Source of the DNA: a virus
Taxonomy: Duplodnaviria > Caudoviricetes
Direction: 5' to 3' (one strand)
DNA length: 52,513 nt
IMG/VR virus record: IMGVR_UViG_3300025345_000016
Location: 1 to 52,513 of that record
Shown here: positions 29,701 to 38,896 of the stretch, one piece after another
How the letters are laid out: the number at the start of each line of letters is the position of its first letter
Position numbering within the stretch: position 1 is the stretch's first letter
Translations under genes and position numbers: made by a program
Notes under the pieces: generated by a model
Database searches by the model: none
Seen by the model: the letters and a program-made list of their open reading frames with translations, nothing else
Told to the model about the DNA's origin: nothing

Positions 29701-30162
29701 TAATCCTAAATTTAAATTTTTGTATAAATATGTTGTTGTTTGCATTAGTAAATAATTTAATATATCGACGGCCATTAATGTTATATTACTTGAACCGGGT
29801 TGATGTAATCCTATTTGAACATTAGAAACAACACCAATAAATTTTATAACTTCTTTATTATCTAATGGATGAACATTCTCTGAAATCATTTTTTCCGTCG
29901 CAATGACAATAGGCGAAAAGTAAAGTATTGACATGAATTCCGATAATTTTAAAGTTTCATCGGGCGATTTAAATAATGGTGGTTGTATTTGTGCAACCAA
30001 TTGAACACCATCAATATTTTTAAACATCATATCTCTAGTATAAGTAATAGTGAAATTGGCCGGAACAAATACATTTTCAATATAAAGATAACCATTTATA
30101 AATTGAAGTTTGGGAGGAGAATTATATTGACTTGGATCGGAAATTTGAATATATTCCATCAT
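26710..30162 (-). CDS. Baseplate hub-like protein with inserted lytic transglycosylase-like domain
   Basis: 1150 aa; SLT-like motifs IWAGETS, GAYGFSQF, IASYIG. Confidence 0.6.
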   Translation of the reverse strand: MMEYIQISDPSQYNSPPKLQFINGYLYIENVFVPANFTITYTRDMMFKNIDGVQLVAQIQPPLFKSPDETLKLSEFMSILYFSPIVIATEKMISENVHPLDNKEVIKFIGVVSNVQIGLHQPGSSNITLMAVDILNYLLMQTTTYLYKNLNLGLYTTTFQKNLAQVIQEIFLESLDTKDISQVFKKLLVHIGAYTIDIKRDSQLQHNENFDTSILKTEERKNLTLKDICPQFSIDDFLTTEEIDENTFYISLSNLRIIETGDKTSRFFINKKLNISEFFNYYNVINKSKEKEVIIEKIDTVIDDIINSLLFKPIYGGDIENTLYYVINKSGIQYLYNNNKEFESFVSEIKSIINDDVKFKNFVRNLFITETDLSNEIKDYEKKILVNRLYGILPYIQDRNSFLNKDLINAGLLDNENQLTDNAKIILGIWAGETSLRLNQRKLNNSGAYGFSQFIIFQNIDKIGKYIKNLSIRYPDLDLEESYNNLKQERDKLKKYNFDIIGCYQDKNGKIAFKESNLENRIECMKNNIKNKNIKTDSDLEQKIRNYILLEQDFINRLESMDKQELYALDLLIGNEIFQEKMKSNNNDLLKTIASYIGFTNKNILLEKNELRGYLSRVLYVSKELGLDLKSNFGVVYLSKDQESLLNEVLNNNQQLQKLKDKLKQKLDIFLSNLNYQSFEIYESIISYFVSDSEISQLSQINENTKLVEFPFVYFTKLRNFVLKSILFPKKVSMYNILSKSIISNLSIFDIKENIYSIGTLVSNLLQLLNYRITVFPPKVYKNRIIMYSIIPSLDYPLVPLNVNNYIPQLFPVKNNLLNVDIAQSSVNFNYISSVPTTTAILLNIMSTPLFIILPLSKVVKTFDELENITTLPTDFVTKFSAIEYYRLPYINFTATEDLITLSISSGWTSNNEIIKDRGLYGLMLYVYSQYLYDFWRSFAYSDIGFITTPLREQPYISFPLYFNIPGFGIYGGILKSISLQYTINSMYYSYNLLNTYQLESFKTIIPFVEPLFSDIIKTDNKDVYFFDWKLKKIDLSNLYSIKKIIEQSNDLTIDDWKERIKYENHIGIRKLFYDKMIEIYAPSIEIGITHFTENTFIKVDERFIKTLQKNSNDLEIAYFNSQSEKSIILKNITFRNDVFTIDDVQRRRP

Positions 30163-31241
30163 GCGAATTTACTTTTGTTTTCTAATTCAAGGGGAGGTTC
30201 TAATCTTTTCTTTTCTTCTTCGGTTAACATATGAATATCAAATCCTTCGGAAACAATTTCTATAAATTTTTTCTTATTTACAATATTTTCATATAAATCT
30301 CTTTGAGAGTTTCTTGATATATATCTTATGGGATCATCAACGGGAATGATATTATTAATTTTAGATGGATCGAAAGGAGAATAAAGTATTCTTGTTAAAA
30401 ATCCGTCCATTCTGGCAATTAAACCGGAAGATTCTGCCTCATCTCCCGTTGCAAATGAAATAGGATAAATCGTTAAAATTAAATCTTCATATTCAAGAAA
30501 TAATGCACTATATTTTTGTATTAATTTTGTGCCTCTAAGACGATTGAAATATTGATATATCATCATTATTTTTCCGTTAACATTAATGGTATTTGGTAAC
30601 ATCATGGTAATAGATACTTGATATAAATTACTGCCCCAAAATTCAATATATGGTATGGTTGAGTTGGCAGAAATAAATACGCCAAATCTTTCTGGAAAAC
30701 CGTAAGATATACTCCTTATAAAAACTTTATCAATAGGACCAAAAATATAATTTTCTTTTAATTCAAGTAAATATTCTTTTAATTTATTAATATTTTTATC
30801 GTTTTTGTTTTTAATACTTTCAATTAATTTAGAAATTATTTCGGGAATTAATAAAGTATCAATAAGTTGTAAATTTTGATTTTTAGTATATGTTTGAATA
30901 ATATTATTAAAAGTTTGTTCTAGACCGGTTTGATTAACTAAATTCTTAACTTGATTAATAATATATGCAACTCTGGCAGGGAATAATGAAGTCCACATTC
31001 TACAATAACGATTGGCATAATGTTTTGGTATCATTACAAGTAAATCATAAGGATATTCTTGATATAAAGAAGAAGAATCGGGAAAAAATCTATTTAATTT
31101 TTGAACATTTTCACCAAAATTTATAATCAAATTGGCAAGTGAACGCCTCGATACCCTCTTATTAATTTCTTCTAAAAAATCATTAAAATTATTTACAAAA
31201 TTCCTTGTATTAGTATCTTCTTGGAAATCAAAATCGATCAT
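30159..31241 (-). CDS. Putative baseplate/tail protein
   Basis: 360 aa, coupled to the hub gene. Confidence 0.55.
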   Translation of the reverse strand: MIDFDFQEDTNTRNFVNNFNDFLEEINKRVSRRSLANLIINFGENVQKLNRFFPDSSSLYQEYPYDLLVMIPKHYANRYCRMWTSLFPARVAYIINQVKNLVNQTGLEQTFNNIIQTYTKNQNLQLIDTLLIPEIISKLIESIKNKNDKNINKLKEYLLELKENYIFGPIDKVFIRSISYGFPERFGVFISANSTIPYIEFWGSNLYQVSITMMLPNTINVNGKIMMIYQYFNRLRGTKLIQKYSALFLEYEDLILTIYPISFATGDEAESSGLIARMDGFLTRILYSPFDPSKINNIIPVDDPIRYISRNSQRDLYENIVNKKKFIEIVSEGFDIHMLTEEEKKRLEPPLELENKSKFA

Positions 31242-31243
31242 AT

Positions 31244-31609
31244 TTACAAGTAATTATATAAATCAACAAGTGTTTCTAATATATCTATAATATCAGATTC
31301 AGTAAATTCGGAAAGAGAAAGAAAATTTTTTATATCTTCTTTAATCCAATTAGGTATTCTATCTTCCGGAATTTCCTTTATCTTATTAAAAAAATCTTCA
31401 TTAATTCCATTTTCTTTCATAAATGTTATTAATTCTAAATAAAATGCAATTCCCCCAATTTTATTCATCATATAATCATGATATTGAAATATTTCCGGTT
31501 GTAAAAACTCAATTTTATCGGAAGTATATTCTTCTAAAACATTACCTGATACAAATTGTATAAAGTAATATAAACGGTTTCTTAATTGTTCAATTAAGTT
31601 TTTCCACAC
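31244..31609 (-). CDS. Hypothetical protein
   Basis: 121 aa; GTG start with CACATT upstream. Confidence 0.75.
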   Translation of the reverse strand: MWKNLIEQLRNRLYYFIQFVSGNVLEEYTSDKIEFLQPEIFQYHDYMMNKIGGIAFYLELITFMKENGINEDFFNKIKEIPEDRIPNWIKEDIKNFLSLSEFTESDIIDILETLVDLYNYL

Positions 31610-31616
31610 TTATGTT

Positions 31617-31632
31617 AATGTGATATGACATT
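31617..31632. promoter_or_regulatory. Back-to-back [G/C]ACATT motifs at a divergent gene pair
   Basis: aatgtg (minus-strand CACATT) at 31617-31622 and GACATT at 31627-31632. Confidence 0.6.
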
Positions 31633-31643
31633 TGTAAAAGAGT

Positions 31644-32174
31644 ATGGTTGATATTGACTTACTTTTTGAACACAGAAATATACAAGATATGAAAGATATC
31701 TGTTCGGATTGTAAATTATCCGATATAATTGCATTTTTTATAGAAAATTACGAAGACCAATTGCACATGAAATATTTTTATTTTACTGAAAGATTTATAT
31801 ACGAGTTATTTGCGATTATTTTAATTATTATGTCTTATTTCGATCTAAATTTAGATTGGAGAGAGGATTTGGATAAAAACGAAAAAGAAAAAATAAGATT
31901 ATTAATAGAGGGTATAATTCATAAGTTAAATATTTTATTATCCGCAAGTGTTAATAAAACACTTAATGAAGACAATGCATTTAATATTATTATGAATTTG
32001 ATTTATGATTTAAGATTATTATCTAGTTATTTTGAATCTTTAAATCTTGAAAACGAAAAAATTGATGATTTTATATTGGAGGGGATATCTTCGTTTCCTT
32101 ATTTAGATTTGTGGGGAAAGAAAGAGGCGGAAAAATATATTAAACTTTTAAATATTGCATTAGAAAATAAATAG
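31644..32174 (+). CDS. Hypothetical protein
   Basis: 176-aa ORF; GACATT 11 nt upstream. Confidence 0.8.
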   Translation: MVDIDLLFEHRNIQDMKDICSDCKLSDIIAFFIENYEDQLHMKYFYFTERFIYELFAIILIIMSYFDLNLDWREDLDKNEKEKIRLLIEGIIHKLNILLSASVNKTLNEDNAFNIIMNLIYDLRLLSSYFESLNLENEKIDDFILEGISSFPYLDLWGKKEAEKYIKLLNIALENK

Positions 32175-32711
32175 ATGAAATTTGTTCAAACAGGATATTT
32201 ATACCATAAAAATCGTAATATAGGATATTCCGGATATAATATATTTACGGAAATATTTATTCCCGAACAAGTTGGTTTAAAAATACCTATATATGCCGGA
32301 AGATTTTTTATTATTAATCCTTTTAGAGGAATGATAAATAATAAATTTTTCGGTTCAATGATAACGGTTAATGGTGATAAATTTAGTATAATGTTAGATG
32401 AATCGTATTTGTTAAATTGGAATGATATTAAACATTTGTGTTTATTATGTGTTGAAGGAATGGATTATAAGTATTTTTTAAGACCGGAAGATAGGAATTT
32501 TAATATTAAAGTTATGTTTTTGGAACCGGAAGAAATCTTTCTTGTCCCCAAACATGAAGAATATTTTTATGATTATCCTCAAAATTTATATGATAAAATA
32601 ACCATAAGAGACGGATATTATTCTTTGGCGAAAGAAAATGAAGAATATATTGGATATTATGTTGGTTATTCGGAAAATTATGATTGCATTGCAATCAAAT
32701 TAAGATCCTAA
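32175..32711 (+). CDS. Hypothetical protein
   Basis: 178 aa, abutting the previous stop. Confidence 0.8.
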   Translation: MKFVQTGYLYHKNRNIGYSGYNIFTEIFIPEQVGLKIPIYAGRFFIINPFRGMINNKFFGSMITVNGDKFSIMLDESYLLNWNDIKHLCLLCVEGMDYKYFLRPEDRNFNIKVMFLEPEEIFLVPKHEEYFYDYPQNLYDKITIRDGYYSLAKENEEYIGYYVGYSENYDCIAIKLRS

Positions 32712-34145
32712 ACAATTTTGTTTTAATAAATCAATTTTTCTACTCTCACTTTTAATGTTATTTATTTTCTTTATAATGTTTAAAACAGAATCGATGTTAA
32801 TATTTAATTTAAATTTGAGAAATTGAAATAATTTATCTTGCATTTTTAAATATTTAATAAATGCATCGTTTATAATATCATCGCCCTTATTTATTATATC
32901 AAGATAGTATTTAGAAATCGGAATTAATTTTTCATCTAATGGTATTTGATAACATTTCAATATTTTATCTAAATTTAAAAATGAAACTAATGGATTTTCT
33001 TGTTGAAATATTTTTTGAATTTCACCGTTAATAATATTATTTACGATATTAAAATCCGATATGGATTTTATTAAATTGTCATAAAAATTAACATAATCTT
33101 TGATAAATGGAATATTGTTTAATATGAAAAATTCTGATAACATTGTGGTAATATAAGAACGAATAATTTTTAATGAATTGATTTCTTGTTGTATGGTATT
33201 ACATTTTAAAGATTTAATATTATTTTGCATATTACCAATATTCCATTTATAAAAATCTTCTTGTTTTTTGAATTCTTTGATTAATCTTGATAGTTTAGAG
33301 AAATTCGGTACTTTAAATAATTCTTTTGATTTTTTATTAAATTTTAAGTTTTTTAACAAGTTTTTTAATATTTCCAATTTTGAACACATAATGAAGATAT
33401 TATCATTCCATTCTAATAATGAGTTAATTAAATTGATTATAGTATTACTTACAATGTTATTAATTTTCATTTCTTTAACATTAAAATTTAAATTGATATT
33501 TCTTATGTTATTAATAAGTGTTACGATTTTTGAATATAAAATGGTTAATTTTGCCAAAATTTCTCCCAGTTGTAATAATAAAATTAAATTTGGTAAATCT
33601 TCTCCTTTAACCGATAAACACAAATCTTTATAAACATTTTCAATAGTATTTGATATCTGATTGATATAGGAAAGATTTTTGTTTAATACTAAACCATTTT
33701 GAATGCGATTTAAAATTTGTTTATTTTTTATTATTTTTGAATAATATTTGTCTATTTTCCCTTTTTTGGAAAGTTCTTTTTTTAAATTAATGCATAAATT
33801 GTATGTTTGTAAAAGTAATTGAATATATTCATCAATTAACTGATCTAACAAAATTAGATTAAAATAAATGGAAATAAGTTCATAAAGTAGTGGTTCTTTA
33901 GTTAATGTTTGTAAATAAGATAAAATTATATTTCCGTTATATTTTAAGATACTATCAAGAAGATAAATATTTTGCGAAATATAATTTATGATATTATTAT
34001 CAATTTCGTTTTCTAAAAATATATTTGAAAATATATCACTTACAAGATATTTTACAACATTATATATTTGTTGTTCGGAAAGATTTTTTACACTTTCGGT
34101 AAATTCTTTTATGGTTTCTATACATGAACAAGAATTAAAATTCAT
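32700..34145 (-). CDS. Hypothetical helical protein
   Basis: 481-aa ORF. Confidence 0.8.
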   Translation of the reverse strand: MNFNSCSCIETIKEFTESVKNLSEQQIYNVVKYLVSDIFSNIFLENEIDNNIINYISQNIYLLDSILKYNGNIILSYLQTLTKEPLLYELISIYFNLILLDQLIDEYIQLLLQTYNLCINLKKELSKKGKIDKYYSKIIKNKQILNRIQNGLVLNKNLSYINQISNTIENVYKDLCLSVKGEDLPNLILLLQLGEILAKLTILYSKIVTLINNIRNINLNFNVKEMKINNIVSNTIINLINSLLEWNDNIFIMCSKLEILKNLLKNLKFNKKSKELFKVPNFSKLSRLIKEFKKQEDFYKWNIGNMQNNIKSLKCNTIQQEINSLKIIRSYITTMLSEFFILNNIPFIKDYVNFYDNLIKSISDFNIVNNIINGEIQKIFQQENPLVSFLNLDKILKCYQIPLDEKLIPISKYYLDIINKGDDIINDAFIKYLKMQDKLFQFLKFKLNINIDSVLNIIKKINNIKSESRKIDLLKQNCLGS

Positions 34146-34153
34146 AAATTAAA

Positions 34154-34726
34154 TTATTCTAGAGGAGGACCACTATTATCAACTGTTGCAAGTATTAAAC
34201 CATATTTTTTGCCACCTATAACATAAAATAATGCATTTTTATATGTCATCATACTTAAAACATTAAACGGTTTAATTTCGATCTTTCCTTTTAACTCATA
34301 AATCATATTTCCTATTTCGGGAGGATTAGAATATGTTTTTTCATATTTTACTTCATCAAAATATTGTCTATTAACGGTTAAAACAACAAAATAATTATCA
34401 TTTCCAATGGTAAAAGTTATATCATTATCCAAAGATACTTGAACTAATACTTCCCTATTTACATCTTGTGGTAAGTCAATAAAAAATGATGGATGTATGG
34501 GGAATATTGCACTTCCTCTATAAACTTTTATTGTATTACTATTTATTTGTTCTACTTTTAATTCGTTTTCTAAAAAACAAGAACCGGTAGATGATATAAC
34601 TCCATAATTTTTTACAAGATTATCCCATATTTTTAATGCATGGTTTCCATAATTGATTGAAAATGATTGAAAAAGTTTCAAGAGGTTAATTTTAATTTTA
34701 TCATCGTCCGATTTATAAAAGAACAT
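34154..34726 (-). CDS. Putative baseplate/tail structural protein
   Basis: 190 aa; SD AGGAG; LKVEQINSNTIKVYRGSA resembles baseplate-attachment segments. Confidence 0.55.
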   Translation of the reverse strand: MFFYKSDDDKIKINLLKLFQSFSINYGNHALKIWDNLVKNYGVISSTGSCFLENELKVEQINSNTIKVYRGSAIFPIHPSFFIDLPQDVNREVLVQVSLDNDITFTIGNDNYFVVLTVNRQYFDEVKYEKTYSNPPEIGNMIYELKGKIEIKPFNVLSMMTYKNALFYVIGGKKYGLILATVDNSGPPLE

Positions 34727-34729
34727 ATT

Positions 34730-34837
34730 CTACCACTCCTTTTTATTAAAAAATTTATATTGTATGTAATAAAACATGAATAATATTAAGAGTGTAAAAA
34801 TGGAAATAATATCAATTATAAAGGGTTTTCTTATCAT
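34730..34837 (-). CDS. 35-aa single-TM peptide
   Basis: MIRKPFIIDIISIFTLLILFMFYYIQYKFFNKKEW; fills the intergenic gap exactly. Confidence 0.5.
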   Translation of the reverse strand: MIRKPFIIDIISIFTLLILFMFYYIQYKFFNKKEW

Positions 34838-34838
34838 A

Positions 34839-35315
34839 CTAAAATTTTAAAGTTATTCCTAAACCATAAATTATATTTTTATCAAAAGGATTATAACCGA
34901 TAGAAATAGAAGGATTTAAAAAACCATATGATTTAGTCAAAGTGAAATATAAAGTTCCGTTATTAAATAAGGATATATTAAAAAGAAAATTTTCTTTTTT
35001 ATGGGGAGAAAACTTAATTTTATAATATAATGAATTAACATCAAAATATGCGGCATCAAAAGAAAGAAATATATTTTTATCTTCGTATTTGTATTTTGTT
35101 AAATTTATCGGATAATAAAAAGTATCAATTTTTATTTCTTTTTGATTTATTGTATCAACTTTAACAACCGGAATATATACTTTCTTTTCGGTTTTAATCG
35201 TATCAACTTTATATTCAACAATTTTATTTTCAGTTATGTAATTTTTTGGTTTTTTAAGAAGAAAAGATATCAATAATAAAATTACTATCCAATAAAAAAT
35301 ATGATATTTTAACAT
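34839..35315 (-). CDS. Membrane protein with N-terminal TM and C-terminal beta-strands ending in Phe (spanin-like?)
   Basis: IFYWIVILLLISFLL; repeated KVDTI/KIDTF; ends YGLGITLKF; start reassigned to 35315 using the GACATT motif. Confidence 0.6.
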   Translation of the reverse strand: MLKYHIFYWIVILLLISFLLKKPKNYITENKIVEYKVDTIKTEKKVYIPVVKVDTINQKEIKIDTFYYPINLTKYKYEDKNIFLSFDAAYFDVNSLYYKIKFSPHKKENFLFNISLFNNGTLYFTLTKSYGFLNPSISIGYNPFDKNIIYGLGITLKF

Positions 35316-35349
35316 TCTTTTTAAAAATGTCATATAAACACATTTTAAA

Positions 35350-35607
35350 ATGAAGATGATAACAAGAATTGACGAAAGAGTAAAAAGAAAAATAGAAAAA
35401 ACAATTAAAAAAAGAAAAACAAAAAGAAAGTTATCTCCTATAACTAATTACAAAAAATCGGCACCAAAATATAATGTAGAAATAGGAGATAAAAAATACT
35501 TAAAAATATTTAAATCCCTTAAAAATAAAAAAGTATTAAAAAATAATACTGGAAGAAATTATTATATTCGTCAATTAATAGATGCATTAAAACAAAAAGA
35601 AGGATAA
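35350..35607 (+). CDS. Small basic protein
   Basis: 85 aa, Lys-rich; start may be 35356. Confidence 0.7.
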   Translation: MKMITRIDERVKRKIEKTIKKRKTKRKLSPITNYKKSAPKYNVEIGDKKYLKIFKSLKNKKVLKNNTGRNYYIRQLIDALKQKEG

Positions 35608-35608
35608 A

Positions 35609-36196
35609 ATGAAATTTGATTTTATACAAGATAGTATTAATTCTTTTTTAACTCTTCTTTTTAAATACATTAACTTAGATGTATCTTTATCAATAGTAAA
35701 CGACGATAAAAATAAAAATGGTTTATATAATATCGTAATTTCTCCTTTATGGAGCGCGAAAGAGGGGAAAATTGACTGGAATATTAGAGTAACAATTAAT
35801 CAAGTTGTTGTCAATCCTTTACCAAGTATGAGGGTATTATATGATGCACCACACCAAAAAGATATAGTTGATAAAACGGAAGGATTTAAGGAAATATATT
35901 ATTCGGTTCCCATAACAACAATAGTAATTTTTACTTTAATATTTGATACGGCAACATTTCCTTCTTTAATAACTTTATATGAAAAATTATCTGCGGTATT
36001 AATTTTACATAAACCGGATCTTATTGCATTAGGAAAATTGAAAGATTTAATTATTCAATTTGCACCAATATATACCAACAATATTCCTAATTTACAAGTT
36101 AATATACAAATGGTAAAAGATTATATTATTACACTTTCAACCGATTATAGATTATTAGGAACTATTGGAGAAGTTAGATATCAAAACGACATTTAA
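35609..36196 (+). CDS. Hypothetical protein, possibly tail completion/terminator-like
   Basis: 195 aa; SD AGGA; fold assignment is a guess. Confidence 0.6.
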   Translation: MKFDFIQDSINSFLTLLFKYINLDVSLSIVNDDKNKNGLYNIVISPLWSAKEGKIDWNIRVTINQVVVNPLPSMRVLYDAPHQKDIVDKTEGFKEIYYSVPITTIVIFTLIFDTATFPSLITLYEKLSAVLILHKPDLIALGKLKDLIIQFAPIYTNNIPNLQVNIQMVKDYIITLSTDYRLLGTIGEVRYQNDI

Positions 36197-36201
36197 AGAA
36201 G

Positions 36202-37656
36202 ATGGAAAATAAAATATACGACGAAAAAAATATTAATAGAGAAAGACATGATAATCTAAGAAAATCAACCAATGAACACAAAAAACAAATAGTTGATTCT
36301 TGCGGAGATTGCAAAAAAATTAAAGAATTGTTAAAAATTTTGGAAGAAAAAGAAGAAGAAGAAAATATTATAACAAGTAAAAGTAGTGATGTTAAAATTT
36401 CCGCGATAAAAAAAGAAGAAAATTTAGAAGAAATATATGAAAATTTAATAAAAACTTTTTTTAAGAAAAAAAGTTTGGAGGCAATTAATAACAAATATAT
36501 TGTAATTAATCCGTTTAGTGAAGAAGATAAAAAATTTATAAGATTAATATCAAAATTTTCACATATTATTCCCACAAAAATTAAAATTCATAAAAATGAA
36601 GATCCCATAGATGTATTTGAACTAAAAATAATGTGGGATAGGGCAGAAGAAAAAATGAAAAAATTTAAGAAAACACCTAAAAAATATCGTTTTTTAATTA
36701 TACCTACGCATTTATCTTTGTTATTTTATGGTAATTTAACCAAAGAAAATATTAAAGAGGCAAAAAAATTAATTAATAAAACAGAGGAGAATATTATTAA
36801 AGAAAACTTGGATAAAGTAGCATCTAATGTTGGAGATATAGTTACTATGGCAACTTTTGCTTTTTCCCCTCTTTTAATTCCACTAATTGCCCGCGGGATA
36901 ACGCCGCATCCCAGTAAAATATCTTTATCTTGGTGGCAAAGATTTAAACAAAACATATATGATAAATATGAAAAAGTAAAATCAAAAATTGTAGAAAATA
37001 ATGAATTTGCTAGAAGATTTATAGAATCATCGTGGTGGCATAAATTTATGGACAAACATTTTAACGAAAGAAAAAAGGAATATAACAAACAACTATACAA
37101 AAATATTGCACTATTAATATCGGGTATTAATTTGGCAAAAACAATTTATGATTTATCTAGATACCAACCAATTGACATAAGGGGTGCAATTGAAACAGAG
37201 ACACAATTTTATAAACAAAGTAATTTAAAAGAAGTGGGACACATTTCAAAAGAAGTAATGGAGGGATTTCTTGAAAGTGTTCATCAAGGTTTATCTCAAA
37301 TAATACCTCAACATTATTTAAATTTATATAATTACTTTGATCATGTGATTGCACCACCACTTGAATTGTATAAATCAAGTAAAATAGAAGAAGAACTTAA
37401 AAAAATACCATTTCACAAAAAAATATTTTTAAGTTTTTGGGGAACAATATTACATGGAACACCAAATCTCAAAAAAATAGCAAATAAATTAACTAAACAG
37501 GATGTAGAAAAAACAAAACATCAATTAAAAGTATTGGCGTCGTTATTAACATTAATGTATGCAAACAATATTGAGTCATTTCAAAATATACCAAAATATT
37601 CATATAGTGGTTATATTAAAAATCTAGAACCTAAAATAGAACAAACGGTTTCTTAA
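36202..37656 (+). CDS. Putative internal virion protein
   Basis: 484 aa; KVAS, KQS and KIA motifs, the first followed by a hydrophobic stretch. Confidence 0.6.
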   Translation: MENKIYDEKNINRERHDNLRKSTNEHKKQIVDSCGDCKKIKELLKILEEKEEEENIITSKSSDVKISAIKKEENLEEIYENLIKTFFKKKSLEAINNKYIVINPFSEEDKKFIRLISKFSHIIPTKIKIHKNEDPIDVFELKIMWDRAEEKMKKFKKTPKKYRFLIIPTHLSLLFYGNLTKENIKEAKKLINKTEENIIKENLDKVASNVGDIVTMATFAFSPLLIPLIARGITPHPSKISLSWWQRFKQNIYDKYEKVKSKIVENNEFARRFIESSWWHKFMDKHFNERKKEYNKQLYKNIALLISGINLAKTIYDLSRYQPIDIRGAIETETQFYKQSNLKEVGHISKEVMEGFLESVHQGLSQIIPQHYLNLYNYFDHVIAPPLELYKSSKIEEELKKIPFHKKIFLSFWGTILHGTPNLKKIANKLTKQDVEKTKHQLKVLASLLTLMYANNIESFQNIPKYSYSGYIKNLEPKIEQTVS

Positions 37657-38318
37657 AAATTAATTAAACGATTAATTTCAATAATTTCTTTTAAGTGTTT
37701 TTCTAGTTCATTTTTATTAATATTCGTTTCTTGTGATAAAATATTAATATTGGTTGTTTTATGTTTGCGAATATTTTTGATTATTTCCAATTTTATCGGA
37801 TCTTCTTGAAAATATGCCTCTAATATATCAAGTATAGGAACAGAAGTCGATTCAAAAAGTAATTCCTTTGTATCAATTTCATCACTATCGGTGTTTTTCT
37901 TTTCCATGTTAATAATATCAGTTTTTAATATATCAATTATATTCTTTACTCTTTTTTTATTTAAACCGGTTTTTAAAGAAATATGATTGATATCATCTTC
38001 TGTAATTAAATCAATATCTTTTCCCATTTCATTAATTACATCTTGAACTTTTCTTAAATCCCTTAAAGTTGAACGGGGGATTTGAAATACATATCCTTCC
38101 TGTTCCATTATGGTTATGAATTGTTTTCCTTGATTATGTAAAAAAGTTTTCCAAGAAACATTTTTATTAGGATCATATTTTTTCATACTATCTTTTACAA
38201 TCTGTTTTAGAATAAATTTAATAGTATGTGGAGAAAAAAATTTAGTATAGTGTTTTCCGTATATTTTATATAAGTATTCTATACTTTTTTTCTCATCGAA
38301 AGGAAGATCTTTTTTCAT
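37653..38318 (-). CDS. Divergent sigma70-family factor
   Basis: KYDPNKNVSWKTFL...FQIPR (region 2.3-2.4-like), region 3-like HTH ISLKTGLNKKRVKNII and a C-terminal HTH-like segment. Confidence 0.6.
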   Translation of the reverse strand: MKKDLPFDEKKSIEYLYKIYGKHYTKFFSPHTIKFILKQIVKDSMKKYDPNKNVSWKTFLHNQGKQFITIMEQEGYVFQIPRSTLRDLRKVQDVINEMGKDIDLITEDDINHISLKTGLNKKRVKNIIDILKTDIINMEKKNTDSDEIDTKELLFESTSVPILDILEAYFQEDPIKLEIIKNIRKHKTTNINILSQETNINKNELEKHLKEIIEINRLINF

Positions 38319-38887
38319 TTTAAAAATTTCTTAACCGGACAATCTTTAATGTCGCAATATATACAATGTAAGTCTATTCTAAATGACAAGTTATTACCAT
38401 TGATAATATTTTTTACGATATTTATATATTCCGGTTTTAATTCATCCCGGTATATTTCAATATCATCTTCTATGGGATTAATGGCAATTAGAGAAAATTT
38501 TTTCTGATTCAAAACATAAGTATAAAAATAGATTTGATATTTGTAGATTTCAATTAATTTTTTGGTTGGTATAAAAGTTGAATATTTTAGTTCTATTACT
38601 TCATCATTACAAAGAAAATCGCATTTTCCTATAACATCTTGATATAAAATTTTAAATTGTCTTTGACATCCTTTGTAATATTTATCATAAAAATAGTGTT
38701 CAACTATTTCACCAAATTTAATAGAAGAAGTATAATTACGGATTTCAATATTTTGACTTAATATTTTATTTTCGACCTCTTTTTTTATAATTTCTAAATC
38801 AACATTTTCAAAAATTTGTTTTATAATATCCTTGTATTTGTTATAATTAAACTTAATGGGACATATAATATTAGATGCATAACGCAT
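38315..38887 (-). CDS. Cas4/AddB-like PD-(D/E)XK nuclease
   Basis: N-terminal CP, GEIVE, GKCD, IELK, YQIYFY, C-terminal CIYC...CP (Fe-S-type cysteines). Confidence 0.85.
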   Translation of the reverse strand: MRYASNIICPIKFNYNKYKDIIKQIFENVDLEIIKKEVENKILSQNIEIRNYTSSIKFGEIVEHYFYDKYYKGCQRQFKILYQDVIGKCDFLCNDEVIELKYSTFIPTKKLIEIYKYQIYFYTYVLNQKKFSLIAINPIEDDIEIYRDELKPEYINIVKNIINGNNLSFRIDLHCIYCDIKDCPVKKFLK

Positions 38888-38896
38888 AATAACATA

